From the NCBI GenBank assembly GCA_051362555.1, contig CM120646.1, positions 22,878,001-22,942,000 on the forward strand: a DNA stretch of 64,000 bases, read 5' to 3'. The position numbers and the translations under genes were made by a program. This DNA is from Lingula anatina. Taxonomy: Eukaryota; Animalia; Brachiopoda. Shown here piece after piece: positions 25,661-39,760 of this stretch (position 1 is its first letter; every line of letters begins with the position of its first letter). Below the pieces are notes generated by a model, which was not told the DNA's origin, made no database searches, and saw only the letters and a list, made by a program, of their open reading frames with translations.

Positions 25661-25816
25661 GACCTTTTATATTTGCCACGATTTTGTAACATAAAATAAG
25701 CTTAGACAATCAGAATATGATTTTGGTTTTGAGTATAAACTTCATTATTTCTTCGAATTAGCTTACTGCCGTCTGTCCATTGGTAGATAGGTGAAAGACC
25801 AATACATACATATTAA

Positions 25817-26192
25817 AGGTACATACAAACCGAGCATCTGTGGAGCATGGATTCCCAGTAACACATATAAACCACTTCTACTAGTTTCTTATACGACTCA
25901 AATAAATTTGACATGCCAAGGGATAAACTGAATAGATCACTCTATCAGCCATAAAAGAGCTTTAGACTGATCCTTTCTTTAAATTTTTGGTCGGAAATTT
26001 AACCTACTTTCGTGACCTACTTTTCTGCCCCATTGACATACAGCACAAAATGCTAGCAGAAAAATCTGTTCAAACATCATTTTTGGGTAAAATTAAACAA
26101 TGCCTTTTGGTAATTCTCTTAGTTATACTACTTGAAACTATATGCTGGCATTTGGTTGGTTTTTGTGGCAAAAATTGACTTTGTATGCATCT
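25817..26192 (+). mobile_element. TTAA-site MITE (Kolobok-like termini), left flank of gene array
   Basis: TTAA|AGGTACATACAAA ... TTTGTATGCATCT|TTAA; near-identical copy at 59210-59596. Confidence 0.75.
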
Positions 26193-26790
26193 TTAACGGT
26201 AAACAGTGTAACAGCATATTTGTTTAAGTGTTAAGTGATTAATACATGTAGTATCGCATCAACTGGCAAGCATTTTTTCGTTGAACTTGTACCTTGTTGC
26301 GAGATGTATTTTCTACCGCCATGCACAGAGGCAATCAACCTTATGAATAGCAAAATACTAACTAAAAACGCCATTATAACATGATCACGGTTGTTTTATT
26401 TCACAAAATGCAAAACAATGATAAGACAATGTGTAATAAACAATGTACAGATAGGTATAATGTTAAAGGTGCAATGAAGTTAAAGTGCAGGTAATCATAC
26501 AATGTTTGCCACCGTGTGTAAGAAGAAGAGCGCGTAGGGGGCAAAAGACGGGGAGCTAATATTGGTGCATTTGGGAAACTAAGTGCATTTGGGAAACTAA
26601 GAGTTCTTTTAAGCTCTCAATTATATAATCTTGAGCTAATATGGTGCATAATACATATCAATCTGTTTTGGCATGCCACTGACCTAACTATCACAGAGGT
26701 CCTTGGTTGTCAAAGTCTTGTTTTAAACCACTTTGACCAGCCTTTCTCCATCTAGAAGTAGTCTGGTCTAAAGCAGGCTTAGATGTGGAT

Positions 26791-28835
26791 TTAGTCGGTT
26801 CTGGCCATTTTGATGTTCCTGTCGCCGGAGAAGAGTCTGGAGATCATGGCCTCATTGAGAGCCCAGTCGTAGATCTGGACCTCATCCAGGAAGCCGACCA
26901 GGTTGGTGTTGCGGAAACCGCCATTGGCCTCACAGTCCAAGTCTCTGCCCATGTACAGTGGAGCAAGTGTAGCTGGGATAGAACCTGCGGAAGAGGTAAT
27001 TTGAGCTTGTTTTACTCTCATTAAGTAGGCTTGAACGTTACTTACAATTTGATAATAAATATCGCAGTGATGTATGTGCTTGGATGTAATACAAAAGTCA
27101 ATTGGCAAGACAATGACCAATGTGTTAACTAAAAAGTAACTAAAACATGTAGGCTTTATATTTGTCTTTTATAACCGAATCAATTCAAATTGAAACAATT
27201 TTTCTTATGCATTTTTACTCACCAACAGCGATCTCATCCACAGACAGATGTCCGTTGACGTACAGTTTCAGTCTGAGACCATCGTAGACCAGGGCAACGT
27301 GGTTCCAGCCGTTTCCACCGTAGGAGCCAAGATCAACAGTCACGAGGGTGCCATTGTTGTCGATCAGGACACGGCCGCCAATATGGCCGCGGTCAGAGTA
27401 CATGGTGATGGTTGGCTCGATGGCGCAGTTGCCGTTGCTGAGAAGACCCTCACGCTCGTTCTTAGCATGGGCGGCGTTGTCGTACCAGAAAGAGATGGTG
27501 AGAGCAGAGCCCCATGGGTAGTTGTTGAAACGTGGGACCTCGCAGTGGACGGTGCCGTTGAAGTGAGCAGCATATCCGACCTTTCCTGGGGCAAGTTCTA
27601 CACCAGCGCAGTCAGTCCAGAAGTTGTCGACCTTGGTGTCGGTATCCTCATCGAATGGCCACAGGGCGATAGCCTGGAGATCTGTTAGAAATTATCAAGG
27701 TGAGGCATGGTAACTTTTTTCGTGAAGTTTAAAGAACTGTTATTTTAAAGTATAATACGTGAAAAAAACAAGTACTAGTACATTGGGAAAAGAAACGTTC
27801 TGTACTTGCTTTGTCAACATAATTGTTTGAGGCAGAAAAACAAATACCAAAACATACTGAAATTGAGATTTTGCACTCAAATCTGATGCAGGTTGCGACT
27901 TTGCATTCTAAAGAAATTTTCAGTTTTGATATCAATTTACATACCTGGAACCATGCACATGCATCTGTGAACGTTGAACTCCCACTGTCCACAGCTGACA
28001 CGCTCGATTCTGGTGTCGTCACCAAGGGTCTGGGATCTGTAGAAAGTGTTGACATCACCCCACACGGCCAAGTAGGTCCATCCGTCAGGGCCATCACATT
28101 TGCCGTCAAACTGGGGAAGGGTGGTGTAACCGATGGTGGTGGTTGGTGGTGGAGCTTAACAAGAAGAAAAGGTAAGTTAGTGAGTCTGTATTAATTTTAG
28201 TGTTTTAAAAAAGACATGCTTTTTCTTGCAATCTGCATTTCAGCACTCTGCTCAACACAATTTATACGATAGAACTTTAACATAAAAAAGTTATAATTTT
28301 GCGACGCACTCAAGCCAGCTCTGCTGCTCCTTTGAAAGGTATTCTAAAATCTGAAGTGTCTGTTAACTTACTTCTTGGTGGGCACTGTGGGTATGGGACC
28401 TTGCTGCCTGGGCAGGTGGCGACCTCACAGGGGACACAAGTCACGATGCTGCCGTCGAAGAGGGTACCTTCGGCACATTCCTTCAAGTGAACCTTAACGT
28501 TCAGGTTCTCGTCCAAGTCGCACTGGAGGTAAGTTCTGCAGTCTTCTGGGTTCTCGTAGTAACCGACGCCATTTCTCTCTTCAATGCACTTCTTGCAGAA
28601 GTCATTGAATTTGGGAGCTGAAAATAGAACATTGGGAAATATAATATTGGTTTTATTCACAAGGAAATCAAGTAAATCACTTAATTATTTTAAATTATCA
28701 CATTCTATTTTGTTTTATTTAGTAAAAAATTTAGTTGATATCGGCAAGAAAAAAATTAAAGTACTCACCCAAATGATGCTCGTCGTAGACAGCGAAGGCA
28801 CTGCTGATAAGGGCAAGGAGGACAAGGCGCAACAT
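26791..28835 (-). CDS. Pif-like/LamG3-type secreted protein copy 1 (chitin-binding type 2 + chitin-binding-like + laminin G; 391 aa)
   Basis: Coding exons 28835-28769, 28617-28372, 28154-27945, 27681-27223, 26984-26791 (67/246/210/459/194 nt). Signal peptide MLRLVLLALISSAFA; ChtBD2 pattern PEDCRTYLQC...ECAEGTLFD...C; LamG motifs LTISFWY, WNHVALVYDG..LKLYVNG, GFLDEVQIY. Confidence 0.9.
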
Positions 28836-29253
28836 GGTGAAGCTGGAAATAAATAAGTTACGCTCATTTATATTTGCTTGCTTAATTTCGACGCGTATAT
28901 TTCCTTCATTGAAGAGTTTCTCGATTCATGGTGGATCCGCTCAACAACCGATAAAAATTGAAGTTATTAGTCAAATTCTTTCAGGCAATTACATGTAGTT
29001 CCGTTTAATACTGCCGAAGTTAAAGTAAGTTACTACCTTTACCCCGCGGACTTGATACATTTGATCACTTTGCAAAGGTATTCGATGCTGTATTTATTAA
29101 AGACAGCATTGAGAGAAACGAAGAAAGATACAGATAATGTCGTATTTCATTCCGTATTAGCAAAACAATCCTAAACCTTTCTGAGTAAGAAGTGAGACAA
29201 CACGGTATCGCCCTACTTCAGATGTTAGACACCTGTACATCTCGGTCACTTAC

Positions 29254-29327
29254 CTTGTGGTGTAGGTGATCTCTCTAAGCTGTGAGCAGGGAAGATACTG
29301 GACCTCTGAGACGTGGGGGTTTATATA
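29254..29327 (-). promoter_or_regulatory. TATA box, initiator and 46-nt non-coding exon 1 of copy 1
   Basis: TATATAAA at 29327-29320, CCAGT initiator about 28 nt downstream, exon ends CAAG|GTAAGT; the same module precedes all six copies. Confidence 0.8.
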
Positions 29328-30869
29328 CCGAGAGAGAAACAAATGCTCTCTTCACTATCCCATGTCTGAATAAAGTCACAGTGCAGCCATTCACAGCAAT
29401 GGTTAGAGGCAGACGTCTGTTTAGTGATAATTACCTGACAATTATCAGTCACGCAACGGCTCGTTAACAATGCCAGTGTTAATAAGGCATTCTTGGCGTG
29501 TAAAGACCGACATTTAGATATTCACAGATATGTATTGACAGTATATGTAGAAGACGTGACTGGGCACAGTGACAGTGATGATTGTGATCATGAATAGTGT
29601 CGAATATCTCACCTAAGGGATTATGCTATGTACGTGCCTCGTGCTAATTACTTTATTTCTAGTTCTTGCTATTTATTCATTATAGCAGAATAGTGTAGGG
29701 TATGATAGTAGGCTATGTTTTAACCTGAGATATCAAAATTGCGGAACAAGAACTGTAAAATGAAAACCAATGACTTTCAAAACTAAAACATAATGTGCAC
29801 ATAGTGTTTCTGGTTTAAATACACAAATCATTTATTTGGTTTTATAAACAATTTTAAATTAGCTTACATAACCGCCGATCAATGATAATGTCATGTGCAA
29901 TATTGTAAAACATCAAAATGAAATAAAATAATTATTGTTATTGTTATTGTAATTGAATTGCCACCTTCAATTATACTGCAACAATATTTAACCTTCTTGA
30001 GAATAAAGATGTTTAAAAAATTGTTATTTAAGATTAAAATAAAAATATTATAAGACATCAAATAAACAAAATAGTTACTGTAATATTATCAAAAATCAAA
30101 CTTAAATAAATTAATAAGTATAACATCACATCAAGACCCGATAGCAATCTTTTTAGGCTGACAAGTTTTCTTAAAATAATTCCAATTATTCTCTTCATTA
30201 GCTTTTGTCCTTAACGTTCGTTTGTTGTTATTTGCTGTTCTTATATGTAGACCTCCCGCTCTAAATGAATCCATTCATATGCAGAATATAACAGTGCGTT
30301 ATTGTATATTTGGCTACCAAATAAATGGAATTTTTCCTTAAATCGCAATATCAGCTTTATGTTTATACTGAACGTGTCCTGAAGAGCATCCTTTTAATTC
30401 ATGGCGTCCCACCCCGGCTTGACCGATTTTTTATCGGTTTTATATCCCTGACTCACACCACAAGATATAAAACGTAAAGCACCTTCCCCGAAATAAAAAA
30501 TAAAAGATTCTCTGCATTGACAATGAAAAGATGTGCTTTGAAAGTTTATAGTAAGAAAAATAAGACATCAGATAGTAACAACATATCATATCCAGTGTTG
30601 TTTCAAATATATCCGTTGTGTGTACTTAAGGAGCCACATTAGCTGCTGCGACTCGCAAGTTAATCAACTGCAGTATCAATGTTTAGTCCTTATATGATAC
30701 TAATTGTTCCTTAACGATGTTAGTACCAAATAACATTAATACCATTGATACCACCCGTAACAATAACCTTCGTGATCAGTCAAAGACAAGTATTGTATAT
30801 ATACTTTTTGAACCATATTTATTACACTCCACAACTTGCACATAAATTCACTGCTGTTATGTCCTAATA

Positions 30870-31260
30870 CATACCACGGGGCTGATATCAAAACAAAAGA
30901 ATTGCAGGGGCCGATACAATGAATGAGACGGAGTGACTGCCACGTGCGGAAGATGGGCAGGAAATCGGCCAACTACTCTGAAAACCACTAACGCAAACGA
31001 AGATGATTGGACGGTGACCGTAATTAGGCAGTAAACGCGGGGAAAGTCCATTCTTTGATATCACCCCATGCGCGGTGATATCAGCGTGTTCTATTCAAAG
31101 TTAGGGGTATTGGGTGGGGAACACGCACGATTTCCCTTTGTATGTATGACAAATAATGCACTGTTACCCCCTCGCCCGATATCCACGATAGCATGCCTCG
31201 CTGGCGCTCGGCTTGCTATCGTGATATCGGGCTCGTGGACAGTGCATTATTTACTACATA
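30870..31260. mobile_element. ~390-bp non-autonomous insertion with a long 3' hairpin
   Basis: Empty site visible in the inverted paralogous region near 48730-48750; hairpin AAATAATGCACTGT...ACAGTGCATTATTT at ~31150-31252. Confidence 0.6.
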
Positions 31261-31278
31261 GTAGACGTATTCATGTCT

Positions 31279-31465
31279 CCCACGCTATAACACATAATGC
31301 CATTACTGACACTACCTCTGACAACAATAATCTGTCTGAACAGTCACAGACTCTCGTGTTCTACAGATTTGGAAAATGTACAGGGGCGGCAGCACTTCTA
31401 GATAATATCTGCGGATATCTTAACTTCCATCTCCGTAAATTAAGAACGCGTTATTGTCATTGACA
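31279..31465 (+). repeat. 187-bp upstream module (also 36625-36811 -, 36981-37167 +, ~42217-42404 -, ~48540-48722 -)
   Basis: Five highly similar copies of CCCACGCTATAACAC...GAACGCGTTATTGTCA(T/C)TGACA; two directly adjoin the promoters of copies 2 and 3. Confidence 0.85.
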
Positions 31466-32268
31466 GCGGCGGCACGATAACATTGTAAAAGTGCTTGATC
31501 TGTAGGCACTGGATATGTAAAGGTTGATAACCCTTTCTATAAACTCTAAGAAAATTCGAAGAAAAATAAGTATTAGAAAATTAGAAAAAAAAATGCAAAA
31601 ATGGAACAACAGATCTTGGTCGCGTGGTCTGTGACGCAGTAACGCTGAAGGGGACTTTGATCATCAGCTAAGGTTAGAAAGGTGTTATTGTTAAACGTAG
31701 TCGCAAAATAAGGCACAGATGCTGATGTGTCTCAACATTTTGCTGTTGGGTGAACTTAATCGGGAAGCATACAGTCTGGGATGCAAAAATAGTTTTCTTC
31801 ATAAACTCGAATATTGCACCTATGTTTAGTAGGGTGCTTTTACAGTTGGCATCGTTAATCTAGTAATTATATGTATCTCTGGAAGTTACCAATAAACTTG
31901 AAATAAATGGTGTTAATCTTTTCCAATAAGAAATTGCACATAAGTAAGGGATTCTATTGTCCTCATAACGTGCAGCGATATTATGAACCGTGCCTAGTTG
32001 TGTCTGTGATTAATTTCCATATCAAATATGGTTGCTGACTTGCACGAAATTTCTTGTGTTAGCATTCCTGTCTAACGTTTTCGTTTATGCACTCTATGTG
32101 CGAACACCTAGAAAACAGAGTGCATCAGTATAGACTAGTAAGATTCTGTCCCCTGAGCTTACATTATTTTATAGTCATTTTTTGGGTGCAGGCCCGTAGC
32201 CAGCAATTTTAAAAGGTTTTTTTTTTCTGAAAAAGTGGACCTTTTTCCATAAAAACGTAATGAACCTA

Positions 32269-33118
32269 CAGGGTTACTACTTAATATGGAATATTTTTTA
32301 ATTTGTTATTTTTTAGTGCTGATTAAATTTTTTTGGCTTGATTCATCAAAAAAGTATGTCATTGAATGATAAAAATATCCAGTCTTTTATTTTGAGATAT
32401 TTTGGTCAATGATATCAAATCTGACATAAGATGTCATTCAAAAGAAAAGAACACCCCCGGAAAACCATATCAACAGTTTGATGTCAGTGTTAATTTTAAG
32501 CTAAGATATTAAAGAAAATGATAGCCTCTGGACAGTGATATGTTACACAGCCAAAGAACTCATTACAGTAAATCATGAAAAGTCATCAGTTGCGGGTATG
32601 ACCTCCAGCAGCCGCTTGCATGCCCTCATCCTACATGGCATACCCTGTGACAAGTTTTTTAGAGTTTGAATGGGGATATCATTCCAAGCATATCATTCCA
32701 ATGGTGCATTGCCTGGCAATGGCTGTCCGTTTCTGGCCATGTTCTCTGAGACCAACAATTCCATAGTAAGCTGCTTCGCTTAGCTGTCGAACCATATCTT
32801 CTCTAAGGTGCCTGTCAAGTTTCAGAGCGATCCCTTTGTTGCTTCTCTAAATACACTCCAACGATTGGCCAAACCCATGCGTTTTTATACAAGGGCAGAA
32901 ATTGCCGAAAAAACTACCCCTCACATTTCTATATGACCACAGAACATGCAAATGCATGCATCAGTTGTTTCGAGAGTTGTGTGGTAATTAGGTAACACAC
33001 CTGGCTACACATGGAGTGACACCTCAGTTTTGGATTTAAAGTAGTTTGAGAGAAAATAAATATTTTGTGGAAAATTTACTCGTCAAAAAAATATATTCCA
33101 TATTAAGTAGTAACCCTG
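32269..33118 (-). mobile_element. Internally deleted Tc1/mariner element
   Basis: TA|CAGGGTTACTACTTAATATGGAATAT TIRs with TA duplication. Minus-strand relics MVRQLSEAAYYGIVGLREHGQKRTAIARQ (HTH start, ATG 32795) fused to AWNDIPIQTLKNLSQGMPCRMRAC..AAGGHTRN (Tc1 C-terminus). Confidence 0.8.
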
Positions 33119-33771
33119 TAGATTATATGTTACCCAGAGTAGACCTTTTCCCAGCAAAAGGGGCGTTTAACAATATTAGTTATTTTAAACTGATTTTGAT
33201 CGTTATTTTAATGCTGTTTTTCGTTATTGTGGAATATTATGATTGCAAAAGACGGTTTATCACTGACAGTTACTTGTACCTGTCATTTGTTGAGGGGTAC
33301 GGATAGAGGCTATTCATCTTGGTAGCCCCATTCCCTGATAAAGGTGCACAGATTAGATATTAAAAGAAAAGAGTAGTGCTAGGTGTTGATTTTAAAGAAA
33401 TAAATGCTCTATTCTGCTCACTGATGACATTAAGGTTTCAACTTATCTTTCACAAACAAAATTGATTTAAAACATATGAGAAATTTACACAAATGTAGTG
33501 TAAAAGAAAGTAATAATACAAAAGCCATTATTTCATTTGTACATGTACATACGGTACTTTTATTTCATAATTTAAAAATTGTACAAATACAAGTTGTTTT
33601 AAATAAAATTATGCATAACAATCGGGGAAAAAATAAGAACATTTACCTTTAAAGTTTAAGAAACTTAAAAGAAAATGAAAAGGTTAAAGAGAAGAGAGAA
33701 ACAATGTCCACGATTTTAAATATGCCGTTTAACAACACATGGTGACATTAAAGTAAAATATCGTGGGTGTA

Positions 33772-33930
33772 CAGGGCCGTAGCCTGAGCAAAATGCCAGG
33801 GGGGGCAGTAAGCGGACATGAGGGGGCGAAGCCCCCGAGGGGGGAGGGGGTGCCCCCCTACCAGTGTGGAAACTTCTAAATCCCAGGGGGGGCAGCTGCC
33901 CCCCCTGCCCCCCCGGAGGCTACGGCCCTG
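33772..33930. mobile_element. GC-rich MITE inserted in the 3' UTR of copy 2
   Basis: TIR CAGGGCCGTAGCCT/AGGCTACGGCCCTG; GTGTA duplicated; empty site at 39481-39500 in copy 3. Confidence 0.8.
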
Positions 33931-34200
33931 GTGTATAGGTGCAAGGAACGCAGAGTATCCTCGAACCCGATATGGGGCAATTAAGGGCGTACCTATAAAC
34001 GAATATACTGGTAACAACATCTCTTGCTCTGTTCGCTGCAGTTAATATAACATCAAACAAAGAGTCATAGGGGGCTACGCAGCCTTCATGATCTTATTTA
34101 AAAATGATCGGCTAACAAAACCCAGTATTTTAAACAGTTCATCAATGTTTGGTTAACATGCTCTAGCACAAAGCGCGGATAGAGAACTGACGTTGTGGAT

Positions 34201-36216
34201 TTAATCGGTTCTGGCCATTTTGATGTTTCTGTCACCGGAGAAGAGTCTGGAGATCATGGCCTCATTGAGAGCCCAGTCGTAGATCTGGACCTCATCGAGG
34301 AAGCCGACCAGGTTGGTGTTGCGGAAACCGCCATTGGCCTCACAGTCCAAGTCTCTGCCCATGTACAGTGGAGCAAGGGTAGCTGGGATAGAACCTGAGG
34401 AAAACATAATTTGAGCTCATTATACTCTAATGAAGTAGGCTTGAATGTAACTTATCATTTGATGATGAATATCGATATATATATGAATAGATAAAGTATG
34501 TGCTTAGACGTAATACAAAAGTCAAAAACATTGAAACTCTCTAGCTTTTTATGTTTTTTTAATACCCGAATCAATTTTAATTAAGACAACATTTTATTAT
34601 ACTTTTCTACTCACCAACAGCGATCTCATCCACAGACAGATGTCCGTTGACGTACAGTTTCAGTCTGAGACCATCGTAGACCAGGGCCACGTGGTTCCAG
34701 CCGTTTCCACCGTAGGAGCCAAGATCAACAGTCACGAGGGTGCCGTTGTTGTCGATGAGGACACGGCCGCCAATATGGCCGCGGTCAGAGTACATGGTGA
34801 TGGTTGGCTCGATGGCGCAGTTGCCGTTGCTGAGAAGACCCTCACGCTCGTTCTTAGCATGAGCGGCGTTATCGTACCAGAAAGAGATGGTGAGGGCAGA
34901 GCCCCATGGGTAGTTGTTGAAACGTGGGACCTCGCAGTGGACGGTGCCGTTGAAGTGAGCAGCATATCCGACCTTTCCTGGGGCAAGTTCTACACCAGCG
35001 CAGTCAGTCCAGAAGTTGTCGACCTTGGTGTCGGTATCCTCATCGAATGGCCACAGGGCGATGGCCTGGAGATCTAAAAGGAAAAGTTTCATTTTTAAGA
35101 CAAAAAATCATTTGTGTTGATAAAAGTTTCCCACACGGCTATTTATATGATTATTTTATAGTATAGGGTTTTGAAATAGTTTTAAAGAAAGGTATATGTG
35201 TCCTGCGTGTTATCATTATTCATTTCTGTGCTTTTCGGGACACAGTATGTCATTTGAACTTGACATTTTAACAAAGTTGTTAATATTGATATAAATACCA
35301 CACAGGGATTTTTAAAATACCTGGAACCATGCACATGCATCTGTGAACGTTGAACTCCCACTGTCCGCAGCTGACACGCTCGATTCTGGTGTCGTCACCG
35401 AGGGTCTGGGATCTGTAGAAGGTGTTGACATCACCCCACACGGCCAAGTAGGTCCATCCGTCAGGGCCGTCACATTTGCCGTCAAACTGGGGAAGGGTGG
35501 TGTAACCGATGGTGGTGGTTGGTGGGGGAGCTTAACAAGATAAAATTATTTTTGATAAATGAGTCTGAATAAAGTGCAATAAATGTATCTGCTAGTAATT
35601 CATGGCTGTACCGAATACACCATGCGATAAAAGTTTGTAAGAAAGGAAATTGAAATTATTATTTTTGCGACGCTCTCTCGCCAGCGCTGTTTAGTTTTTA
35701 AAAGTATTTTTACATGTGAACTGGCTGTTAAACTTACTTCTTGGTGGGCACTGTGGGTATGGGACCTTGCTGCCTGGGCAGGTGGCAACCTCACAAGGGA
35801 CACAGGTCACGATGCTGCCGTCGAAGAGGGTACCTTCGGCACATTCCTTCAAGTGAACCTTAACATTCAGGTTCTCGTCCAAGTCGCACTGGAGGTAAGT
35901 TCTGCAGTCTTCTGGGTTCTCGTAGTAACCGACGCCATTTCTCTCTTCAATGCACTTCTTGCAGAAGTCATTGAATTTGGGAGCTGAAAATAGAACATCG
36001 AGAAATGTAATATTGGTTAAATACACAAGGAAATCAAGTAAATCACTTAATTACTTTTTATTATCGCATACTATTTTATTTTATCTTATTTAGTTAAAAT
36101 CTAGTTGATATCAGCAAAAAAAAAAAAAAAAAAAAATCGAAGTACTCACCCAAATGATGCTCGTCGTAGACAGCGAAGGCACTGCTGACAAGGGCAAGGA
36201 GGACAAGGTGCAACAT
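34201..36216 (-). CDS. Pif-like/LamG3-type secreted protein copy 2 (391 aa)
   Basis: Exons 36216-36150, 35983-35738, 35530-35321, 35073-34615, 34394-34201; non-coding exon 36457-36412; TATA 36485-36478. Confidence 0.9.
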
Positions 36217-38865
36217 GGTGAAACTGGAAATGAATAAGTAACATTCATTTATATTTGCTTATATTTTTCTTTCACTGCAACGTTGGTCGATTTAAGGCAG
36301 ATCCAGATCAATTTTTTGTAAAACAACCCTCATCCTTTATGTGTATGATGTGAAACAACTTCGTACCGTCCAACCCAAGATGTAAGACACTGGTATAACT
36401 CAGTCACTTACCTTGTGGTGTAGGTGATCTCTCTAAGCTGTGAGCAGGGAAGATACTGGACCTCTGAGACGCGGGTGTTTATATACTGAAAGAGAAACAA
36501 ATGCGCCCTTCATTTTCCTACGTCTGAAAGCACAGAACAGCCATTCACAACGGTGGTTAGAGGCAGGCGTCTGTTCAGTAGGACTAATCTGGCACTAATC
36601 AGTCACGGAGCGTCTCATTAGTAATGTCAGTGACAATAACGCGTTCTTAATTTATGGAGATGGACGTTAAGATATCCTCAGATATTATCAAGAAGTGCTG
36701 CCACCCCTGTACATTTTCCAAATCTGTAGAACACGAGAGTCTGTGACTGTTCAGACAGCTTATTGTTGTCAGAGGTGGTGTCAGTAGTGGCATTATGTGT
36801 TATAGCGTGGGATTTAACCGATCTTACAGCAGTCAATTTATTTGCAAGTTGGCCCATTAAGTCCACACAGAGGGATATTTTAAAAGTGCATATGATTAGG
36901 TGTTACAATCCGATGTCTTTCTGTCAACATCTAATATAATGAGCACCTATAATATAATGCTTGGTGCAGTATTCATGTTTCCCACGCTATAACACATATT
37001 GCTACTACTGACACTACCTCTGACAACAATAAGCTGTCTGAACAGTCACAGACTCTCGTGTTCTACAGATTTGGAAAATGTACAGGGGCGGCAGCACTTC
37101 TAGATAATATCTGCGGATATCTTAACCTCCATCTCCCTAAATTAAGAACGCGTTATTATCAATGACACTGTTAAAACAGATGCGACACGATTACAATGTA
37201 GAAGTCCTTGAACCGTAGGCATGGGATATGTAAAGGTTGATAACCCATTCTATAAACTCTAAGAAAATTCGAAGTGAAAGATTCTATTGTTAACATAACG
37301 TGCGATATTATGAACCGTGCCTCGTTGTGTCTGTGATGAATTTCCATATCAAATATGGTTGCTGACGTGCACAAAATTTCTTGCTTTAGCATTCCTATCT
37401 AACGTTTTCGTTTATGCACACCTAGATAATAAAACAGACTGTATAGATAGAGACTAGTAGAAGCTATACATGTATATCAGAAAACAGAAGCGCTGATTCC
37501 TGAGATTCCATGTTAGTTGCCGACATGTCCCCATATGGGGGGGGGGGGCTTACTCGAAGCAATGTGTTCACAAAGTGAAGTTCAGATTACGACATGTTTG
37601 TAGGGGTATACCATAATATTCCAAATAAATAAATAAATAAATAAATCTTTTTGTGTGTGTGTGTGGTGTGTGTGTGGTATTGTTTTAGCTATATTGATTA
37701 AAACATCCGTTGCTATAACTGAGTTGTAAAACAAATACTGGGTTTCTTTATAAGATATATTGCCAAATTTGTTTCGTCAAACGTTTTTTAAAAATACTTA
37801 ATTTGAAATTTAATAAATAGCTTACTGGACGATTTATTTTTGGTTATTTTTTATCTGGTCAAAGTATTTGATTAAAGCAAATTTTATATACGTTTCTTTA
37901 AAAAATGGCCTTCTTTTTCCAAATCATTAAAGAAAATTGTTAATTTCGAAATTAAAATCCACCATTTTTGTGGGTGTGGACATGGACATAATAAGAGAAG
38001 GCCTTCTCTTATTATGCCCATGGTGTGGAAAGGTGGGGCGAACGAGGAAGAAAATCTCCCTCTTTGGCAATTGTCAATGTTGACATGCCTGTTACTTTTG
38101 TGCTGTGTACCCCACCGCTTCAGTAGCAATAAACGAGAATAACACTTGCTGTAGTGCTTTTATACATTCCCCAACCCCTCTTAGGACAAGAGATATGGAT
38201 TGGTAACTTTGCTGGAGCCGTATATAAATGAGAAGAATTACACGCTTAAGAACTCATGAAATAAATACTTTTAAACAATACATTTCCGAACTATATGGCG
38301 AGTGAATTTAAACATGATGAGGGATTGAGGGTCATATGTTTGCAGTTAGTATTCATTTGTACAGATCCCAAAGTGACGGATTGATTATAAAAAGGGGACA
38401 ATGACAATGCTATTCTATTATTCTGATTCAGTATGATAAAGTGTCATTTCCGTGTAGTGTCGTAAGTAAGTCAAATATTATTATCATCTTCCAATTTCAA
38501 ATTAGTGTAAATCTTTTCTAAAGAAAGTAAAGGAGAAGACATTTAATGTGATCTCGGAGTTGGGATGAAACGGGCTTTGTGAAAAAGGAGGCATGCCATC
38601 GGACTAGTATAGTCAAGTGCAACTTTTTCCGAGTACTCAAATGGCACTTGACTGTTATCGAGTCATTTTCATTCAACAGAGACGTTAACGCGTGGTTCTG
38701 GGAATTCCATACATCGTATTTATTAAGGCAAAACTGGAGGCTGTCACCAAAAAAATAAAGAAAGTTAACCAAGTTTCAGGGTTATCCAATGTCTACTGCT
38801 GGTTTATTTCCCAAGATTCTGTTCCTTGAGCTTACAGTACATTATTTCGTTGTCTGTTTTTTTTT

Positions 38866-38869
<4 letters not shown>

Positions 38870-38904
<35 letters not shown>
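38870..38904. repeat. (GT)n microsatellite
   Basis: Directly visible. Confidence 0.9.
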
Positions 38905-38906
<2 letters not shown>

Positions 38907-39760
38907 CGTTAGAGAATACTTAATTATTATTCTTAATTATTTTTAACTGATTTTGGTCGTTATTTTCATGTTTTTCGTTATGGTGGAATATCATGATTGC
39001 GCCTGTTTTTCTAAGATATTTGTCGAGTGGCACGGACAGAGGCTATTTATCTGGATAGCCCTATTCCCTGATAAAGGTACACAGGTTAGAGTTTAAAAGA
39101 AAAAAATTATTAGATGATTTTAAAAAATAACTGCTCTATTCTTCGAACTGATGGTATTAATGTTTTAACTTATCTTTCAAAACAAAATTTAATTAAAATA
39201 TATGAGAATAAATTAACACAAATGTAGCGTACAACAAAGTGATAATACAAAAGCCATTTATACATGTACATACTTTTATTTCATAATTTTAAAAAATCTG
39301 CAAGTAAAAACTGTTTTCAATTAAATTATGCATAACAAACGGGGAAAGAATATGGAACATTTACTTTTAGAGGTTAAGAAACTTAAAAGAAAATGAAAAG
39401 TTAAGGAGAAGGGAGAAACAATTTCCACGATTTTAAATATGCCGTTTAACAACACATGCATGGTGACATTAAAGTAAAATATCGTGGGTGTATAGGTGCA
39501 AGGAACGCAGAGTATCCTCGAACCCGATATGGGGCAATTAAGGGCGTTCCTATAAACGAATATATAATGGCAACAAAATCTCTTGCTCTGTTCGCCGCAG
39601 TTAATATACCATCAAACAAAGAGTCATAGGGGGCTACACAGCCATCATGATCTTGTTCAGAAATGATCGGCCAAGAAATCCCAGCATTTTAAAACAGTTC
39701 ATCAATGTTTGGTTAACATGCTCTAGCACAAAGCGCAGAAAGGAATGTGGCGTTGTGGAT

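Noticed and set aside
27248-27688. Long antisense ORFs over the LamG and other exons (MSVDVQFQ..., MDLVGSGH..., in every copy)
   Set aside because: They coincide with the real exons and follow from codon bias (avoidance of TTA/CTA/TCA leaves no antisense stops); no independent splice or promoter signals.
29282-29467. Repeated 61-aa ORF MSREDTGPLRRGG...
   Set aside because: Antisense reading of the conserved promoter and non-coding exon; starts at GTG and is not listed as an ORF for copies 2 and 3.
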